Shown here one piece after another: positions 62,873 through 64,000 of a DNA stretch of 64,000 nt. The DNA comes from Mobula hypostoma (taxonomy: Eukaryota): positions 21,888,001 through 21,952,000 of the forward strand of contig NC_086097.1 in the NCBI RefSeq assembly GCF_963921235.1, read 5' to 3'. Below the pieces are notes generated by a model. The model saw nothing but the letters and a program-made list of their open reading frames with translations, had not been told where the DNA came from and did no database searches. Both the position numbers and the translations under genes were made by a program. Numbering within the stretch: position 1 is the first letter of the stretch; each line of letters starts with the position of its first letter.

Positions 62873-63736
62873 TGTTACGTACCCCGTAACTGGGTTGCCA
62901 AACAAGCAGAAATTGATCACTCGGTTGGACTCTGGAGTACTAGAACTAAGAAAGTTTTATTTAAGAAACAAGCAACACAGTAATCGAAAGGATAATAAAT
63001 GCAACAGTTCAGCGATGATAAACACACATGTGCACAGAATTAAGATAACAGCATCAATCAAGCTCTATCGTTGTCTAGGGGTAAATGACCAAATTTCAAA
63101 GTGACTCAAAGTTCAGTCCAGTTTAGTAGTTCAGTTCGCAGTAATCATTGCCATGGCGATGGACAACGTGGGGGGAGAGAGAGAGAGAACAGGAACAACT
63201 AATCATTCAGACACTGCTTCACTCACAGACCGGCGAGATGGCTCACAAGCAGCTTTTGGGCAGGTCCTTGGTGATGTCACCTGAGGTCACCGACTGTGAC
63301 CCCTCCTCCAGATGCGGTCGATCCTCTGCAGTGAACCCGGCACCCAGGCAAGGGCGGACACACACCGGGTTCCCGCTGATCGTACCTTTCCACCCTGTGC
63401 GTTGTCCGATACTTCTCACCAACTCGTGAGAGGCGTACCGCTTCCAGGGTCTCGTTACCTCGGGTGGCGTGTGTGTGCTTGCCTTAGCGAACCGGTCCCT
63501 TTTTATCCCCCTGCTGGGGTATCGCCTGTCCATCACTTCAAACAGTTCAAGGTTCAAAGGGGGGAGCCGCTCCAGACAGCTCTCTCTCCCACGTCCCTTC
63601 ATTACACATCTCCAGACGCTGCTCCATTGTTCCTTATCTCTCCTTCCCCTGAGGGCAGGTGGCAGACCACTTGCTGATGTCACTGATGCTAACCCAGGCC
63701 AGCAAACATCTTAATTTTATGTGTATTCTCGTCACA
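62873..63736 (-). repeat. 5' LTR of the Gypsy element
   Basis: Minus strand TGTGACGAG...CGTAACA; followed after 4 nt by the PBS; AATAAA intact (tttatt 62956-62961). Confidence 0.95.
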
Positions 63737-64000
63737 CCTTAAAGCCATGTCCTCTTCTATTGAGCAGTGGTGCCCTGGGGAAGAGGCACTGGCTATCCAC
63801 TCTATCTATTCCTCTTATTATCTTGTACACCTCTATCATGTCTCCTCTCATCCTCCTTCTCTCCAAAGAGTAAAGCCCTAGCTCCCTTAATCTCTGATCA
63901 TAATGCATACTTTTTAAACCAGGCAGCATCCTGGTAAATCTCCTCTGTACCCTTTCTAATGCTTCCACATCCTACCTATAGTGAGGTGACCAGAACTGGA

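Larger units (their letters stand above)
58833..63736 (-). mobile_element. Gypsy (Gmr1-like) LTR retrotransposon, both LTRs present, non-autonomous (integrase/RT/RNaseH cores missing)
   Basis: Two 864-bp TG...CA direct repeats (58833-59696, 62873-63736); TSD cctt at 58829-58832 and 63737-63740; removing the element restores the CR1 sequence ...ccttaccttaaagccatg seen uninterrupted at ~7159-7176; PBS and PPT present; gag-protease ORF inside. Confidence 0.95.
58590..64000 (-). mobile_element. CR1 LINE (same family as 6922-9293), interrupted by the LTR element and running off the window
   Basis: (catagaa)n tail at ~58592-58612; 58613-58832 and 63737-64000 align closely with ~6931-7430. Confidence 0.92.

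Overview
Eukaryotic, repeat-dense DNA. The mix of CR1/HER1-like LINEs, V-SINE/HE1-like SINEs, Rex1/Babar-like LINEs and Penelope ends suggests a cartilaginous fish (inference). I recognise no host protein-coding gene, so the window reads as a large intron or intergenic region. Nearly all ORFs in the track are transposon fragments or chance. Best-supported structures: (1) a young 4.9-kb minus-strand Gmr1-type Gypsy LTR element (58833-63736) with near-identical 864-bp LTRs, a 4-bp TSD, a perfect tRNA-Pro PBS, a PPT, intact Gag(SCAN-like, CCHC)-protease and a gutted but still open pol remnant, plus a related solo LTR at 32560-33463; (2) about ten Penelope-like ends carrying minimal type I hammerhead-ribozyme motifs, including a 367-bp mini-element with a TSD and one motif inside a 50-bp hairpin; (3) several short non-autonomous RTE- and Rex1-derived retroposons, hAT/Tc1 MITEs, an R4/Dong fragment and many nested insertions; (4) short repeat-free islands that may be conserved non-coding elements or exons. 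Boundaries of old repeats are approximate. Family names come from motif recognition, not database searches.
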